64,000 nt of DNA from Octopus sinensis (GCF_006345805.1 NC_043000.1:96286001-96350000), one strand, 5' to 3'; shown: positions 37,124 to 51,688, numbered from the stretch's first letter. The notes: generated by a model from the sequence alone, not told the origin. Numbers and translations: made by a program.

Positions 37124-40055
37124 GTATGTATCTTGGAAATAGTTTTATCTTTGTTAACTATTTTAATTTACCAATGTCACTCCTCATGTTGATGATAATT
37201 TTAAGAACTCTATTAATGCGAAGGAATATAAGACTCATCTGTTTCTATCAAGAATTTTGTTTATCTCGCTAACGTTTTAGGAACATTTTCCCCTTATTTT
37301 CAGAAAAAAAAATCCCAATTAATATTTCCATTAATTAATAAGGTAATAGAATTAACTGTCTCACCTCCTCCTTTCCCTCTGCCCTTTACTCTCCCCCTTA
37401 AAAGATGTTTTATTCTACACTTCACGCAAAGTTTTGTTATCCTTTAAAAGTGTTATAATTTTAATTCTGATTACGAAAACGTTTTATAATGTTGAAAGCA
37501 CTCCAAGATAGCATTTTCAATATGTGTTTATGTTAAAATGTTAATTGTTCGATGTATGAATTTGTCCTAAAGTTGTTTACTTTAACCTCTCACTTCTGTG
37601 TCCTTCATGAAGGTTACTTTTGTTAAATATTTTACCTTTTATTTTCATTCATTTATTTTGAAGATGCTAGACTACGGTCACATGCCCTGTTGTTTGTGTA
37701 TGTTTATTTTATTTATTTATTTATTTTTTTGCTTTCTTAGATTAGTGGGTGTGGAGTTATACTAACTCTTGCTTAAGATGGGATTGGTATGTTTCCAAAT
37801 TCAAACAAAGGAAAAGAAAAATTATCTAAAAGGAGGCAAATGAAATTAACGTATGGCTTGGATAGGAATTGCCAGATGCTACTGCTAATAATTTAACACA
37901 AGCATAGCTAAAGTCCCAATGGGTGGTTGCAAGGAAACCTAAGAAAGTATAAAGTTCATCTGCAAACCAATTATTGGGTGTTGGTTAGTGATGGTGGTGG
38001 TTTAACTCCAAATTAGCCATGATCACCCAGGTATATGATGAAAGAATCAAATAATACCGATGAAAGACCCTCCTGTGTGACCATGCCGCCGTCTTTTTAA
38101 ATAACCAGAGCGATAATGTCTCATTCTTTTCTCTTTTGAGACGTGTGACCATGCCGTCTTTTGAAATAACTAGAGCGATATTGTCTCATCATCCTTTTCT
38201 TTTTTGAGACGTTGGGGTGTAATCTGAGTGAGAATTAGCTGGCGGCATAACAGGTGGGCGAATTATTTATTCTCGGCTGTTTATATATCAGATGTCACCA
38301 TTCCGTGTGTGTTGAAGGTTAGAATCTTTTTGAAAGGTTATCAAAGACTGTAAGGCCTGAGTAGAGAGGATACATGCAATGACGCAATGTTATTGAGAAC
38401 ATTTTCTTGTGCAAGCATTCATTCGAACTGCGACATTATATATGCATTTTTTAAAGAATTATTTTTCGGTCTTTCGCCGATGTCAGAGACATAACAGTCT
38501 GCTGATGCAAGGGCATGGAAACATTTTTAGCTTCTAAGAACACATCTCAAAGATTGAGAAACCAAGCTGATAACGACAGCGATTGACATTTTTTTTTTTT
38601 TTGAGATAAAAGTTTCGTTGTAATTAAGTGTCTAGATAATAGCAGTAGTAACTGATTAGAAAAATGTAAATCTTAAGAACAAAGAAAAAGAATTGTTACA
38701 AACACTGACCAACTTAAGATGAATGTGTTGAATGTAAGAGATCCAAGTCACAAATAACTAGTGTAAGTGAACTTAAATCCAAGGCCATGAGATTATCATC
38801 ATCGTTTTAACATCCAGTTTTCCTTCACCTATTTCCCCATTGCCAGACATTCTTTTACAAAATATTAGGAATGATGGTCACCATTTCTGTAAGTGACACC
38901 TGTGTACAACTATTACTTGATGTCAAAATAAGGAGACACTACTACTCATACATGTGTATATATATATGCACAACGGACTTCTTTCATTTTCTATCAACCA
39001 AATTTACTCGCATGGTTTTGGGGAGCTCAGAGCTATACTGGAAGACACCTGCCCAAAGTGCCTTTGTAGTGGCAGTAAATTTTAAACTAAATGGTTGGGA
39101 AGCTAACTTCTTAAACATATAACTGTGCCTATCCCTATAGCCATTCCTGAGATATCAGCTGAAAATTGCTGGATTTTCTATAAATGAAGTGGAAAACTAT
39201 AAAGTATTTTCCAAGATTATCGAGAAAGAACAAAGATGAATATTTTCATATCTAAATAGTACATTGTTAGCATCAGAGGCAGATATGAACTTAAACTTTG
39301 AAAAGAGCTTATTTGTGGAAAATTAAATTCTTCTGTGCTAATTTAAAAAATCTTTCTTGCGAGTCTTGATTTACAGATTACCTTGTGATGAAGGAAAGAT
39401 GAAAGAGCCTCCCAACCACATAGTTCTAGGTTCAGTCCCATTGCTTGGAATCTTGGGCAAGTGTCTTCTACTTTAGTCCCAGTTTGACCAAAGCCTTCTA
39501 AGTGGATTTGGTAGACGGAAACTGAAAGAAGTCTTGTGATATGTTTGTGTGTGTTTTAGTGTTTATGTTTGTTCCTCACCACTGCTTGACATTTGGTGTT
39601 GGTTTGTTTACATCTCCATAACTTAGTGATTTTGCAAAAGAAGCAGTAGAATAAGTACCAGGCTTATATAAAAAAAAAAGCACTGGGGTTGAGTTGACTA
39701 AAAACCCTTTAAGATGGTGCCCCAGTATGGCTGCCATCCAATGGTCAAAACCACCCTTGGTTCTTTGATACTATTTCCCTGTTTTAAAGTTATCTATATT
39801 TAAACCTATCAAAATTTCATTTGTTCCAAACACCATCTTAATATTAACAAAATTATTTCCACTAAATTCATCATTATTTTCAAAATCAATTGAAACAAAG
39901 GTTGTGTATTTCTCTAGAAATCTGGTAACAATAGGGTTAATATTATCATCACTACTAGCATCATCGTTTAACATTATTTTGTGAAAAAAAAAAGAAAATT
40001 ATTTTGATGTTTAATGATATTAAGCAAACTAACATGTTAACTGAAAATTTTTCAG

Positions 40056-40144
40056 CTGGTACCTCTCTATGTGTTTGTTGGCGCTGGAATGGCAGGTGCC
40101 TTTTTTTATATTACAAGGTTAGCCACAAGGTCTCTTGATGTCAG
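40056..40144 (+). CDS. NDUFA4: NDUFA4 exon 2 (LVPLYVFVGAGMAGAFFYITRLATRSLDV, TM helix)
   Basis: cAG/GTTAGT, 89 nt, phase 0/2. Confidence 0.95.
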
Positions 40145-40791
40145 GTTAGTTGTCATTTACTTTATTTTTATTTTTTAAGACAATGCATGATTGCTGTATT
40201 AATGTGGTTATGAGTAAAATCAGTGTGTACTCATACTGGATTCCTGAGAGCAATATTATATTAGTACAGGGAGGCTTCTCATTTTGGTAAATGTTATGGT
40301 AAAGAAAAATTTAGCTATACTTGGGAAGATGTGGAAAGTTAGATTGTTTTGGAAACATGATTCAGATTCAGAAAGATTGCTACATTAAGTATTATTTTTA
40401 TTTAAATTTCTTTGAGACAGGTGCAGGCATGATTGTGGTAAGAGGCTTACTTCTTGATCAAATGGTTCTGGGTTCAGTCCCACTGTGTGGAACCTTGGGC
40501 AAGTGTCTTCTATTGCTTCAGGCTTACCAAAGCCATGTCAGTGGATTTGGCATATGGAAACTGAAAGAAGACCATTGTGTGTGTGTTGACAACTGGTGGT
40601 CATGTGTTTATGTCCCTGTAACTTAGCTGTTCAGCAAAAGAGACCAATAGAATGAGTACTAGATTTTAAGAAAATAAGTATTGGGGGTTGATTCATTAGA
40701 ACAAAAATTCTTCAATGTGGTGTCCCACCATGGCCAAAGCCTAATGACTGAAACAAGTAAAAGAGAAACGATAACAGACATGCATATACTG

Positions 40792-40825
<34 letters not shown>

Positions 40826-42284
40826 CTTAGTTATGGTAGACTCTCCTGTTGTAAACGACAGATAAAGGTTCCACAAGTTTTTGATTCGTTTATAATGATC
40901 AAGTCTTTGTGTTATACATCAGCTCACTCCCTCTATCAAAATTGACATTGCCTGTACAGGTACATGGTGTGCCACACATCCAAGAAGAATGTACTGCTTC
41001 ATTCAGAAACTGAAACTATGATCTTGCAATCATGGATGCAACACTCTAACAACTAGGCCATACAATGTTGTTATGTTATATTCTACCAAAAATGAATGCG
41101 ATTTCTTGTTTTACTTCTCTTCTTTTCAACAGTAGCATGACCTGGTAAAAACACAAGATTGGATTGATAAGTAGTTTATAATAATAATCATCATCATCGT
41201 TTCATGTCCACTTTCCATGCTGGTATGGGATGGACGGTTTGATATGGAGCTGAACCTGGAGCCATGTATTTGGGAAGCAAGCTTCTTACCACAAGTGCTT
41301 TGATATGTTTAAATATATTGATATCATATGCAGTCTGTTGAGAGACTTTTTTCTGATTTTCCCGTGATTATCCACTCTGATAGATGCTTACAGTAGTTGT
41401 AGTAAGCTGTTGTTGTGAAGCAGCTATTTTTATGAATCAGTCTCCATAAATACAACATCTTCAGGTAGTTTTATTTAAGAAAAATATGTCTTTGTATTTT
41501 GGTATTGATATTTCTTTGATGTAAAATGGCGGTACTTTCCATCACTTGCTCTAGTGGCCAGACAGGGAGGAATGTTTGAAGCCTCACCAGATCTGACTGG
41601 ACTGGTGCAGCTTTCGGGCTCCCCAGACCCCAGTTGAACCGTCCAACCCATGCTAGCATGGAAAGCGGACGTTAAATGATGATGATGATGATGATGATAA
41701 AGGCCTTTAACATATTCTGAAACAGGGTGTTGCTAATGTAGTATAATATAGTACATAGTGCATGATATTGAAATATTATTTATCTCTGGAAATCCAAATC
41801 ACAGTATCCTCTTTTGAGCAGTTTCTAAACATCTTAACTCTTATGACCTTTCACCATATCTATATTAAGACTTCTCAACTACAGAGAAATTTGGCCCTTG
41901 ACACATCTGGCGCTTTCTATAGTTTTGAAATCCTGCACTATAGAATATCGATCCAAGTTTGGCAAAAAATTGAATACATGAAAAGGCTGTTGCTTGATAA
42001 GCAAACTTTCCATCACAAATTTTCTCTTCAGCCAACCCAGGCCATCTCAGCTTGGACATGTTATCTACTGATACTCATATTGTCACACTTCCTGCTCTTT
42101 ATACCTTGGTCAAGCTTTCTTTAGAATTTTATCCTTCTCTTGAAACGTAACTATTCACAGCTTCCCATCTGTTATTATGGTGATTCTAATTTACTCATTC
42201 ATCATAGATTATAATGAAATTGAAGATATGAAAATAATCATAAATTTGTAAGTTAACATCTTCTTTCTTTGTATTCTCTAAAAG

Positions 42285-42342
42285 CTGGACAAAGAGCTCT
42301 GAACTCCCATGGACTCAAGTGTCCCCTACACACCAGTATAAG
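42285..42342 (+). CDS. NDUFA4: NDUFA4 exon 3 (SWTKSSELPWTQVSPTHQYK)
   Basis: aAG/GTAAAA, 58 nt, phase 2/0. Confidence 0.92.
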
Positions 42343-43054
42343 GTAAAATCATTCTTTGTTTAACTCTGTTGCTACCAAGTCATCTGAAACCACCCTTTGA
42401 CATTTTAATACAAATCTCTTGTTTTAAAGTGATTTAAATTAAAACCTTCCATCAAAATTTCATGTTAATTTATATTGCAAGCATCAGCTTAATAGTGACA
42501 AAGTTATTTTAATAATTTTTGATTATTTTAAAAATTAAACAAAGGTGGTGTGAATGACCATAAACATGAGAACAAAAAGTTTAACCTTTTGGTGTTCTGA
42601 TTACTCTGTCAAATGTAATGCTTATTTATTCATATTGTTTGAAATTAATCCTGCATTAACTTGTGGCTTTGAGATTTCAATGATGTAATTGCTTATTTTC
42701 AAAATAACATTGTAGGTAAGTGTGAGAGGCCAGATACGGCTGGTTTAAATGCTAAAGGGTTAATCAATGGAAAAAACCTGATAGACGTTTATTTTTCTGA
42801 GCAAAGTATTGTTGTCCAGCTCTGTTACCTTAGTTCTAAATCCCAAGGATCGATATTGGATTATCTGCAAATATAGACTAGCAATCTATCTAGTGAGAAA
42901 TTTCTCTCTCATCTGCTTATTAACTTAAGGTTGAAACCACACTGCCTCTCTGGAAAGTGTTTAGGAAATGCTTGTTATTTTTAACTATGCTAGAATTTAA
43001 TACAAACAAAAGATTTTTGATGCTTAATTAAGCTGTAGTTATTTATTAACAACT

Positions 43055-43860
43055 AGCTGTTGGACCCGGCATTGCTTGTGTTTTGCATGTTGAAGTTAAG
43101 CCCAACTCTGACCTTGTATTGAAATCTGCATTACCCATTAAGATGTTATTTCTGGTTTGGCAGGGATTTTACCCGGTTAATGCTTTTGACATACTCCTAC
43201 ATACTGAACCGTCTGAAATCGCAGTCAAACTTTTGGGTGTATTTAGACCTGTTGAGAGTGATGTTTGTTTATTTCTCTCACCTTAATGCCACCCTCTGTA
43301 CAAAATTGATCAATGTGTCCAAATCTCAGCAAAATCCAAAGAAAAGTGTTAAGGTTATATCATAAAATAGAATCCATGTGACCATTTACGTGAAAATATT
43401 CCATTGACTTTTAAATCCCAATACATTATATGAGTAATTGATGTTTCATGTGTCGAAGTGCTTAATTTTACTCTTAGGTCATAATTGCGCATGAATGGGG
43501 TATTTTAAGAAATCAATAAGCTTTTACAGGATTCATTCGATTTTGATGAAATTTAACATTTAGGTTAAGTTTATGGTCAGAATCATATAGTTGAATTAAA
43601 ATTAAACTGGCGAAAGGCAGAAATCATCAAAATTCACTCACAATAAAATAATGAACTGATTTTGAAGAAAATTGAAGAAGAAAAACAACAAATATCTTAC
43701 AAACTATAGAATTTTCTCAATAAAGCCAAGAGAAAAAGATGTTTTATTAACACATTCTACCAGTATACGAAGTTTAAAATTTTTTAGTTACCTAGAAATT
43801 ATGTTAAAAACTGCCATTCAAACCGAAAAGATCCCAACTATTTTCTGATTACCTACAGGT
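43055..43860 (-). mobile_element. Probable Helitron-like element (3' end near 43060)
   Basis: rc GCAATGCCGGGTCCAACAG-CTAG-T terminus; 5' boundary uncertain. Confidence 0.4.
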
Positions 43861-44499
43861 TAATTACCCTGCTGCTCTCTTCCTTCCCTGTTCTGTCACT
43901 AACCTCCTCCTTTCCAAGACACTCTCATATCCCTCCATTAATCATGCCTCCAATCTTGTCCCATTCACTACATTCATCTCTAAGCATCTGTCACTCTCCT
44001 TTTGTACTCTAAAAAAGAACTTATCCATACCCTCTTCCAGATTCTTGCTATTTTCTCCTATACTCATGTACTTGTATCGTAAAAGTATGCTCTAACACCT
44101 CGTCACCACCTTCATTGTCTTCACAGCTATTCCCACTCACCTTATATAATGTTGAGCAGCCATGCATCACCTTTATAGCAAGACACTTGTACCTGTCCCT
44201 CTGTCATACTTAAGCCTCTCAACACCTGGCATAAAGCCACCACTCTTTCTACTATAATCCCACTCAGTTGAGGGGTCTTTTTCTTTGTTTAAAGGGGATA
44301 AACTTGGCCACCAATGTAAAAGTAGATCCAAATGGACCAAGTATATAATACAGTATTTTTCTTGGGTGCATTAGAACAAGTGCTTCTGGACATTTCTATT
44401 GTTGTCCTTTATCATAAATATTTCTTACATAATAATTTTAGAAGTGGCGAAAAAAGGGAAAAGGATATTTGCTTTTCTCAAGTTTATGAGAAAATACCA

Positions 44500-44652
44500 G
44501 CATTGCGGTGTGGTAAGTAGCTTGCTTACGAACCATGTGGTTCCGGGTTCAGTCCCACTGCATGGCACCTTGATCAAGTGTCTTCTACTAGAGCCTCAGG
44601 CTGACCAAAGCTTTGTGAGTGGATTTGGCAGATCGAAACTGAAAGAAGCCTG

Positions 44653-44697
<45 letters not shown>

Positions 44698-44875
44698 TGT
44701 GCCCCCCACCATTGCTTGACAACTGATGCTGGTGTGTTTACATCTCCGTAACTTAGCAGTTTGGCAAAAGAGACTGATAGAATAAGTACTGGGCTTACAA
44801 AGAATAAGTCCTGGGGTTAATTTTCTTGACTAGAGGCAGTGCTCCAGCATGGCCACAGTCAAAAGAATAAAAGAA
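44500..44875 (+). mobile_element. tRNA/CORE-like SINE (GTGTGGTAAGTAGCTTGCTT family)
   Basis: GGTTCAGTCCCACTG..GGCACCTTG..CAAGTGTCTT with internal (TA)n. Confidence 0.75.
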
Positions 44876-44934
44876 TCATCTCTAGGGTTCGTTATCATTG
44901 TTAGCATTTCAGTATTTAAAAAAATTCTCCCTCC

Positions 44935-44995
<61 letters not shown>

Positions 44996-45497
44996 TCGTT
45001 TTTGTATCTATGCGCGTATTAATCATATTGGTGTAATGACTCTCCCTAAACACAAAATACACACACAGACACACAGTGTGTAGAGCACAGTAATTGTGAT
45101 AGAGATATTGCAGAATAGTATTTTGATGGATGAGAACTTGAAGTTCAGCTCCTTCATCCATGACTAGTGCCTCCACTGTTAAAAGTTAGACAAAAGAATG
45201 ATCCTATTGTTATGGAGCTAAAAAAGAAAAACTAAACACAAATAAGCCTAATGCAAATAATTGCATAAAATACAAAATACAGAGTAAGGAATAAAGTAAA
45301 CCGAATGGGTTATGTAATAGTCTATTACATAAGACTATTACATAACTCCATTTGTTTATCTTATTCCATGTTCTGTATGTTTTATTCTATGTAAATATCC
45401 ACTTCTGTTATCTGGCACATTGCCACTCCTTGAAATGTTTATTTGTTATATGCCAAATTCATAAACTCTCATTTCCTTTTGTATTTGTATTTTTCAG

Positions 45498-45560
45498 TTC
45501 TATTCACCAAATATAAAGTACAAAGAACTAAAACACCCCGAAGAACGACCAGACATTTAA
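45498..45560 (+). CDS. NDUFA4: NDUFA4 exon 4 (FYSPNIKYKELKHPEERPDI*)
   Basis: ttttcAG acceptor, TAA stop, AATAAA at 45678. Confidence 0.93.
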   Translation, partial: FYSPNIKYKELKHPEERPDI

Positions 45561-45677
45561 ATTAATTATGTCTAAGGACAAATGAGCAACATTAGGAAAT
45601 TTCGACAAGATCTTTTTATTTTATTGGTTTTTTTTTTTTTTTGCAGATCTAATTAGTTATAAAATTGTTTGTACATC

Positions 45678-45683
45678 AATAAA
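45678..45683 (+). terminator. Probable NDUFA4 polyadenylation signal AATAAA
   Basis: First AATAAA ~120 nt after the stop codon. Confidence 0.5.
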
Positions 45684-46264
45684 AAAAGATCTTTCATGAA
45701 CCAATCCTAATATTTCTCTTTTGTTATTTTCTACAAGCGTTAATTGTTGACCTTGTTAGATGAAGGCAAAAGAAATAGCAAATTTCAAGTCCACTATCTA
45801 TGAATATTAACCTTTTGCCTGTCCTGTGTATCACATAGGGGATTCCCTGGCATCTATGCATCATAGATGATACACATTCCTAATGTTTTTTCATGTGGAG
45901 TGCTCAGCCACTTGCACATTAATTTCACGAGCAGGCTGTTCCTTTGATCGGATCAACTAGAACCCTCGTCATCGTAACCGACGTAGTGCCACGATGTGTA
46001 AATGAATTGAGGAAGCAATGTATGCAAGGGAGATAACTTTTGAGGGCTTATAATGTGAATAATGGGAAATGTTTAATTGGTAGCAGATAGCAAGCACACA
46101 CACACACGTAAAAAAAAAAAGACTTTGGAGTGTGTAACAATAGCTAACATTCAAAACGGCCTCTTGCATGAAATGATGCCAAGTCAAGAAACTGGAAAAT
46201 TTGATGCATTGCAAATCTTTTCAAACACATACTATCTAGTATATACAAACGAATTCAGACAAAT

Positions 46265-46650
46265 TATCTCTTTTACTTGTTTCAGTCATTTGACTGTGGC
46301 CATGCTGGAGCACCGCCTTTAGTCGAGCAAATCGACCTCAGGACTTATTCTATCTGTCTCTTTTGCCGAACCGCTAAGTTACAGGGACGTAAACAACACA
46401 CCAACATCGGCTGTCAAGCGATGTTGGGGGACAAACATAGACACACAAACATACACACACACACACATACATATACATATATACGACGAGCTTCTTTCAG
46501 TTTCCGTCTACCAAATCCACGCACAAAGCTTAGGTTGGCCCGAGGCTATAGTAGAAGACACTTATCCAAGGTGCCACGCAGTGGGACTGAACCCGGAACC
46601 ATGTGGTTGGTAAGCAAGCTACTTACCGCACAGCCACTCCTGTGCCTACA
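46265..46650 (-). mobile_element. tRNA/CORE-like SINE, near full length
   Basis: Reverse complement of the 44500 family; fragments at 2540-2690, 16110-16265, 39420-39740, 40430-40760, 51750-51960, 55700-55830, 56650-56780. Confidence 0.8.
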
Positions 46651-47124
46651 TGATAATTCTAATTTTGGCTCAAAGCCTGAAAATTTGAGTGGTGGGGAGC
46701 AAGTTGAGTACATCGACCCCTCTACTTATTAAGCCCATAAAGATGAAAAGAAAATTAAGCCTTGTTAGAATTTTAACTCAGAAGATAAAGAACTAAAAGA
46801 AATGCTGCTGAGAAGTTTGCTTGATACGCTAACAATTCTTCCAGCTTGCTGCCTTCTGTTCATAAAAATACTAATAATAAGCTCATTGTATACAGTGAGA
46901 TGTGTTACAATTCATTGGAAAAGTGTAAAGGTGGGGACAGAAGGGTGTAAAAAATCAAGTAAACAAAGGTAGCAATAATAGCCTAAAGGACATGCATATT
47001 ACTCAGAATAGATCACAAAAAGACAAAAAATGAATTGTAAAAAAGCCATAAAGAGGAAAACATGCAAAGGTACGTTGCATAATGTCTGAATTTTGGGAAG
47101 CGTGCAATTTTTGAAGGAAGCAGT

Positions 47125-47490
47125 ACCCTGACAGGTAACAACCAATTGAGTTGAGACCCCCTTCGGTCATGACTGACCATGGGATTGCACCTAGAAAGTT
47201 ACCCTCCCAGGCACAAATCCTGGCAAGGTTGTTTATGGAAGACCAGCAGTCACCCATGCATACCGGCCTCCCCTCTCCATGCCACCAGTGTTATCCAAGG
47301 GAAAGGCAAAGGCTGATACAGCTTGGCACCTGTGACGTCACAACTCATTTCTACCGATGAGTGAACTGGAGCAACATGAAATGAAGTGTCTTGCTCAAGA
47401 ACACAACATGCAGCCTGGTCCAGGATTTGAACTCACAACCTCACAATTGTAAGCTCGATGCTCTAACCACTGAGATATGCGCCTTCACGA
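47125..47490 (-). mobile_element. tRNA-derived SINE with CORE-like TTCTTGAGCAAGACACTT block
   Basis: tRNA-like head at 47490-47420 followed by a SINE body. Confidence 0.7.
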
Positions 47491-50400
47491 ACAACCAATA
47501 TGGATAGTTTATTCCATGCTTTGATAGTTCTGAGCATGAAACCATGTTTCCTGAGGTCATGGGTGCTATGCTGCTGTTTTTTTTTATTTTGTAAGAATGA
47601 ATTAGACTACCATCATGAGCTATCTATATATTGGTTTTAAATTTTGGCACAAAGCCTACAAGTTCAAGGGAAGGGGTATGTCGATTACATCGACCCCAGT
47701 GCTAAACTGGTGCTTATTTTATTGACCCCAAAAAGGGATGAAAGGTTAAGTTGACCTTGGCAGAATTTGAACTCTGAATGTAAAGACAGATGAAATGCCA
47801 CTAAGCATTTTTGCTCTGCACAGTAACGTTTCTGCCAGCTCATTGTCTTCATGAGCTCTACATATATTATTAACTCCAGACAAGAAGGTTTTAAGCATTT
47901 CAGCTTACCTTTTGAGTTACAGAGGAAAAAATAATTTGTTAATTTTATGTTGGTTTTCTTTTTTTTTTATGTTGTCATTGTTTAGAATGTGGAAATGTGT
48001 ATGATAGACTGCAGTTCTATTAGAGTTAATGTTATGTAATCTTGAGTTGGGTACCTACTTTGCTTATCTCTGTGGAAAATTTTTTATTTGTTCAAGTCAA
48101 TTTACTACTACTAGTACTCTGTGTTCCATGAGGAAAGAGCAAAATATAGTAAAGAAATCACACACTAATTAGCATTGAATAATTCTTTCTGAAATACATC
48201 ATCAAGATTTTTTACTGTTATAAAGAATTATGTAGACTAGTTCTGCTGTTTAACAGACATTTATCACCATCATTAGTTAATGTCCGTTTTCCATGCTGGA
48301 ATGGGTTGGATGGTATAACAGGATCTAAGAAGCCATAGGACAGCATTGAGCTCCAATGCTGGCTTTGACATGTTTTCTATTGCTAGATGCCCTTCCTAAC
48401 ACCAGCCTCTTTACACTATATTTATTACTTTTTTTTGTAACCCCAGCACTAATGAGATGGCCAAGTAACTTGCAAGAGAAAGTAAAGAAAGGGAAAAAAA
48501 AACCTTGACTGAGTGAGGGGTATATCTGAGAGAGTGGGAAGTAGCTTTAAGCCAGGTGTTGAAGGCTACAGTAAGAGAGAAAGCATCGAAAAAAATTAGG
48601 CATAGAAATGATGACTGATGATAAACATACACACATACATGCATATATACATTTCAAATTTTAGCACAAAGCCAGCAGTTGTGGGTAAGTTGACTACATT
48701 GATCCCAGTGTTCAACTACTACTTATTTTATCAACCCCAAAAGGTTGAAATGGAATGTCAGCCTTGGCAGGATTTGATCTCAGAACATAAATATGGACAA
48801 AATGCTGCTAAGCATTTTACCCAGTCTGCTAATGATTCTGTCAGCTTACTGCCTTCAGACATGCATACATATTGACAAGAAGTAAGCTTATGACAGCCCA
48901 TATAATCATATAATGAGTCATTGAATCAACTTATGTGATGTGTCAAGGATATATTTGCCTTTCAAAACATCTCTCTCTCTCTCTCTCTCTTTTACTTTGA
49001 AGGATATTCTTCTTCAGCTCTTTTCAAGCGTAGCCAGAATCATGGGACCGGTTCCCAGTTTCTGTGGCGTATATGTTCCCCCCAACTGGACGGGATGCCA
49101 GACCATCGCAGCATTACTCAAGAAACAGGAAGAGAGAGTGAGAGAAAGTTGTGGCGAAAGAGTACAACAGGGGTCGCCACCACCCCCTGCCAGAGCTTCG
49201 TGGAGCTTTTAGGTGTTTTCACTCAAAAGATACACAAAACGCCCAGCCTGGGAATTGAAACCATGATCCTTCGACCACGAGTCTGCTACCCTAACCACTG
49301 GGCCATTGCGCCTCCACTTGAAGGATATTGGCTATTATTTAATATTACAAGTTCAAAGGAGTGAAATTGGGAAGTAAGAATGTATCACAGACACTGTTTG
49401 TTGAAAACTTACTCTTTGAGGGAAAAGATTTTCTCTCCAGTGAAGGACAGATTATATTATGCTTGTGTATCAGGTGCAATATTATATGGGAGTAAAACAA
49501 GGACAATAAATATGAAGAATTGCACTAACACTAGAAATGAATTAGGGAAGCATGTTCTATTTGATGTGTAATGTCAGCATGCATAAATGATGGAGCACAA
49601 ATAAACTGAGAGGAAAATAATGTGTGTATGTGCATGCATATGTGATGTGTCATCATCATCATTTAACATCCGCTTTTCCATGCCTGCACAGGCTGAATGG
49701 TGATTATGGAGGCAGATTTTCTATACTCTTTTCTATACCTTTCGTGTACCTTTTTTCTATACCTGTCTAATTTTCTATACCTTTCCTAATTTTCTAAACC
49801 TTTCTTGCCACTAATCCTTTCCTGTTTCACAGCAAGTTGATTTTTTTGCATGGCCAGATGTTTTTTGCAGAATATTGGACTTGAATGGCACTGCTTGTGT
49901 GACAGTTTCATTCATTTACAACTATCACACAATATCAAAACAAAGGGATACAAACACACACACGCATATACACATACCTTCACACATACACATGCACACA
50001 CACACATATATGATAGACTTCTTTCAGGGTTCGGTTTACTAAATCCACTCACAAGGCTTTGGTTCAGCCTATAGCTTTAAGAGAAAGCACCTGCTCAGGT
50101 GCCATACAGTGGGACTGAATCCAAAATGATGTGGTTCAGAAACAAACTTAACTATGCCACCATAACTGTGCCTGTTATTATAAGAAATTTAAAGTTTACA
50201 AATAATAAATGGGATCTTACCTTTTCTTTATCCTCCATATGTAATAAGCACTTTTAAAAAAATATCTGTTTGTGTAGTTTCTGTGGCCATGATACTTAGT
50301 GCTAAGTTCATTCAGTTCTAAATAAAGATTTGATCAGCTGGTGTAAGTGTTGAAAAATTGTACATTGCTTTTCTTAGTAGGTTCTGCTAAAATCTGAAGT

Positions 50401-51645
50401 TTTCCTGTTTGCTGCTTTCAATTACTATAGGAAAACCACATTTATCAGCAATGCTCCCTTAATCTTCTTGAGTCATATCAGTGTTAGACTTGTTGTATAC
50501 TTCCGTTACACAAAACAAATATCTGTGTTTATATATATATCTCCAATGGAAGCCACTTATAATCATACATATTACCAAATGGCTATTGTTATCAGTCAAC
50601 AGTTTTTATTGAATGGGCTTCATCCTAAAAGGATCACAATAAGAGGCCTCCAGTGTATGTGTGTGTGTATGTATATATATATATATATATATACACATAC
50701 ATGAAAAGCTCTTAGTCCACCTTATGGGGTAGTTAGTGTTGGGAAGGGCATCCAGCTGTAAAAATCATGCCAAAACAGACACAGTAACCTGGCTGGCTCC
50801 TGTCAAGCCATCCAACCCATGTCAGCATAGAAGACGGACGTTAGATGATGATGATACATACATGCTTACATACAAATTACATCTTGGCTTTGTTTAGTGG
50901 CTAAAATTAAGGCATGTTTGATGTTCTAATTTGCTTCATAATTTTCTTCCTCTTCTTGTTCCCATTTGAAAAGTATCAGTTGGTAATGCTAAATGTCCAG
51001 TTGTACGTGTGAGCAAACTATATGTTAATGGAGACTATATAGTGGTCTTCATTGCAGGAAAGTCTGTCTATATATGACTGAAAATAAGGCTTAGGGAAGG
51101 AAATCAGTTAAATTTAATAACCTGATATAAAGATATGTTTGCTTTTGTTACTAGAACTTTGACCCGGATACGTTTTCAATTTCCTTTTAGTTTTTAATAT
51201 ATTTGGTAATATTCAAATTCCTTCTCATAAAATTAGTAATCCAGAACCAGTGTTTAATTACACTTCATTTTATAAAACATAGATATATTATACAAGTTCC
51301 TTTTTGAAAAATATAGTTGACTTGTGAATATTTTCTCAACCTCCAAATATCTTGAACTTTACTCTTGTAAATAAATGACTATTTTAGCATTATTATTTAC
51401 ATTACTTTCTTTCTCTCTATTTCTTAAAATGGACTTTGTACTTATTTCAAAAATGCATTTTATGGAGTTATCAGCTTAGCAATTTAAGTGCACACTTGAA
51501 AATTGCTATCTTCTAGCATATTTTCTGTGTTAATAATATCAAGAATTAGAATAAAATGGAAAGGAATGGGAGATCACTAGACGAAATTTCCCTACAATAT
51601 TTAATTTTTTACCTTTTTGTTCCAAGTTAAAATCCTGCAGGGTTG

Positions 51646-51688
<43 letters not shown>

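Larger units (their letters stand above)
37082..45560 (+). other. NDUFA4: NDUFA4 (COXFA4/MLRQ family, cytochrome c oxidase-associated subunit) gene span, complete CDS 83 aa
   Basis: join(37082-37123,40056-40144,42285-42342,45498-45560) = MKGLSLQSLKTHPSLVPLYVFVGAGMAGAFFYITRLATRSLDVSWTKSSELPWTQVSPTHQYKFYSPNIKYKELKHPEERPDI*; B12D/NDUFA4 signature (PxLxPL...RLA...DVSW...PW...QYKFYS). Confidence 0.95.

Noticed and set aside
47415-47490. tRNA-like sequence (and similar heads at 13300-13360, 63905-63975)
   Set aside because: Continues directly into SINE bodies and the cloverleaf pairing is broken; SINE heads, not tRNA genes.
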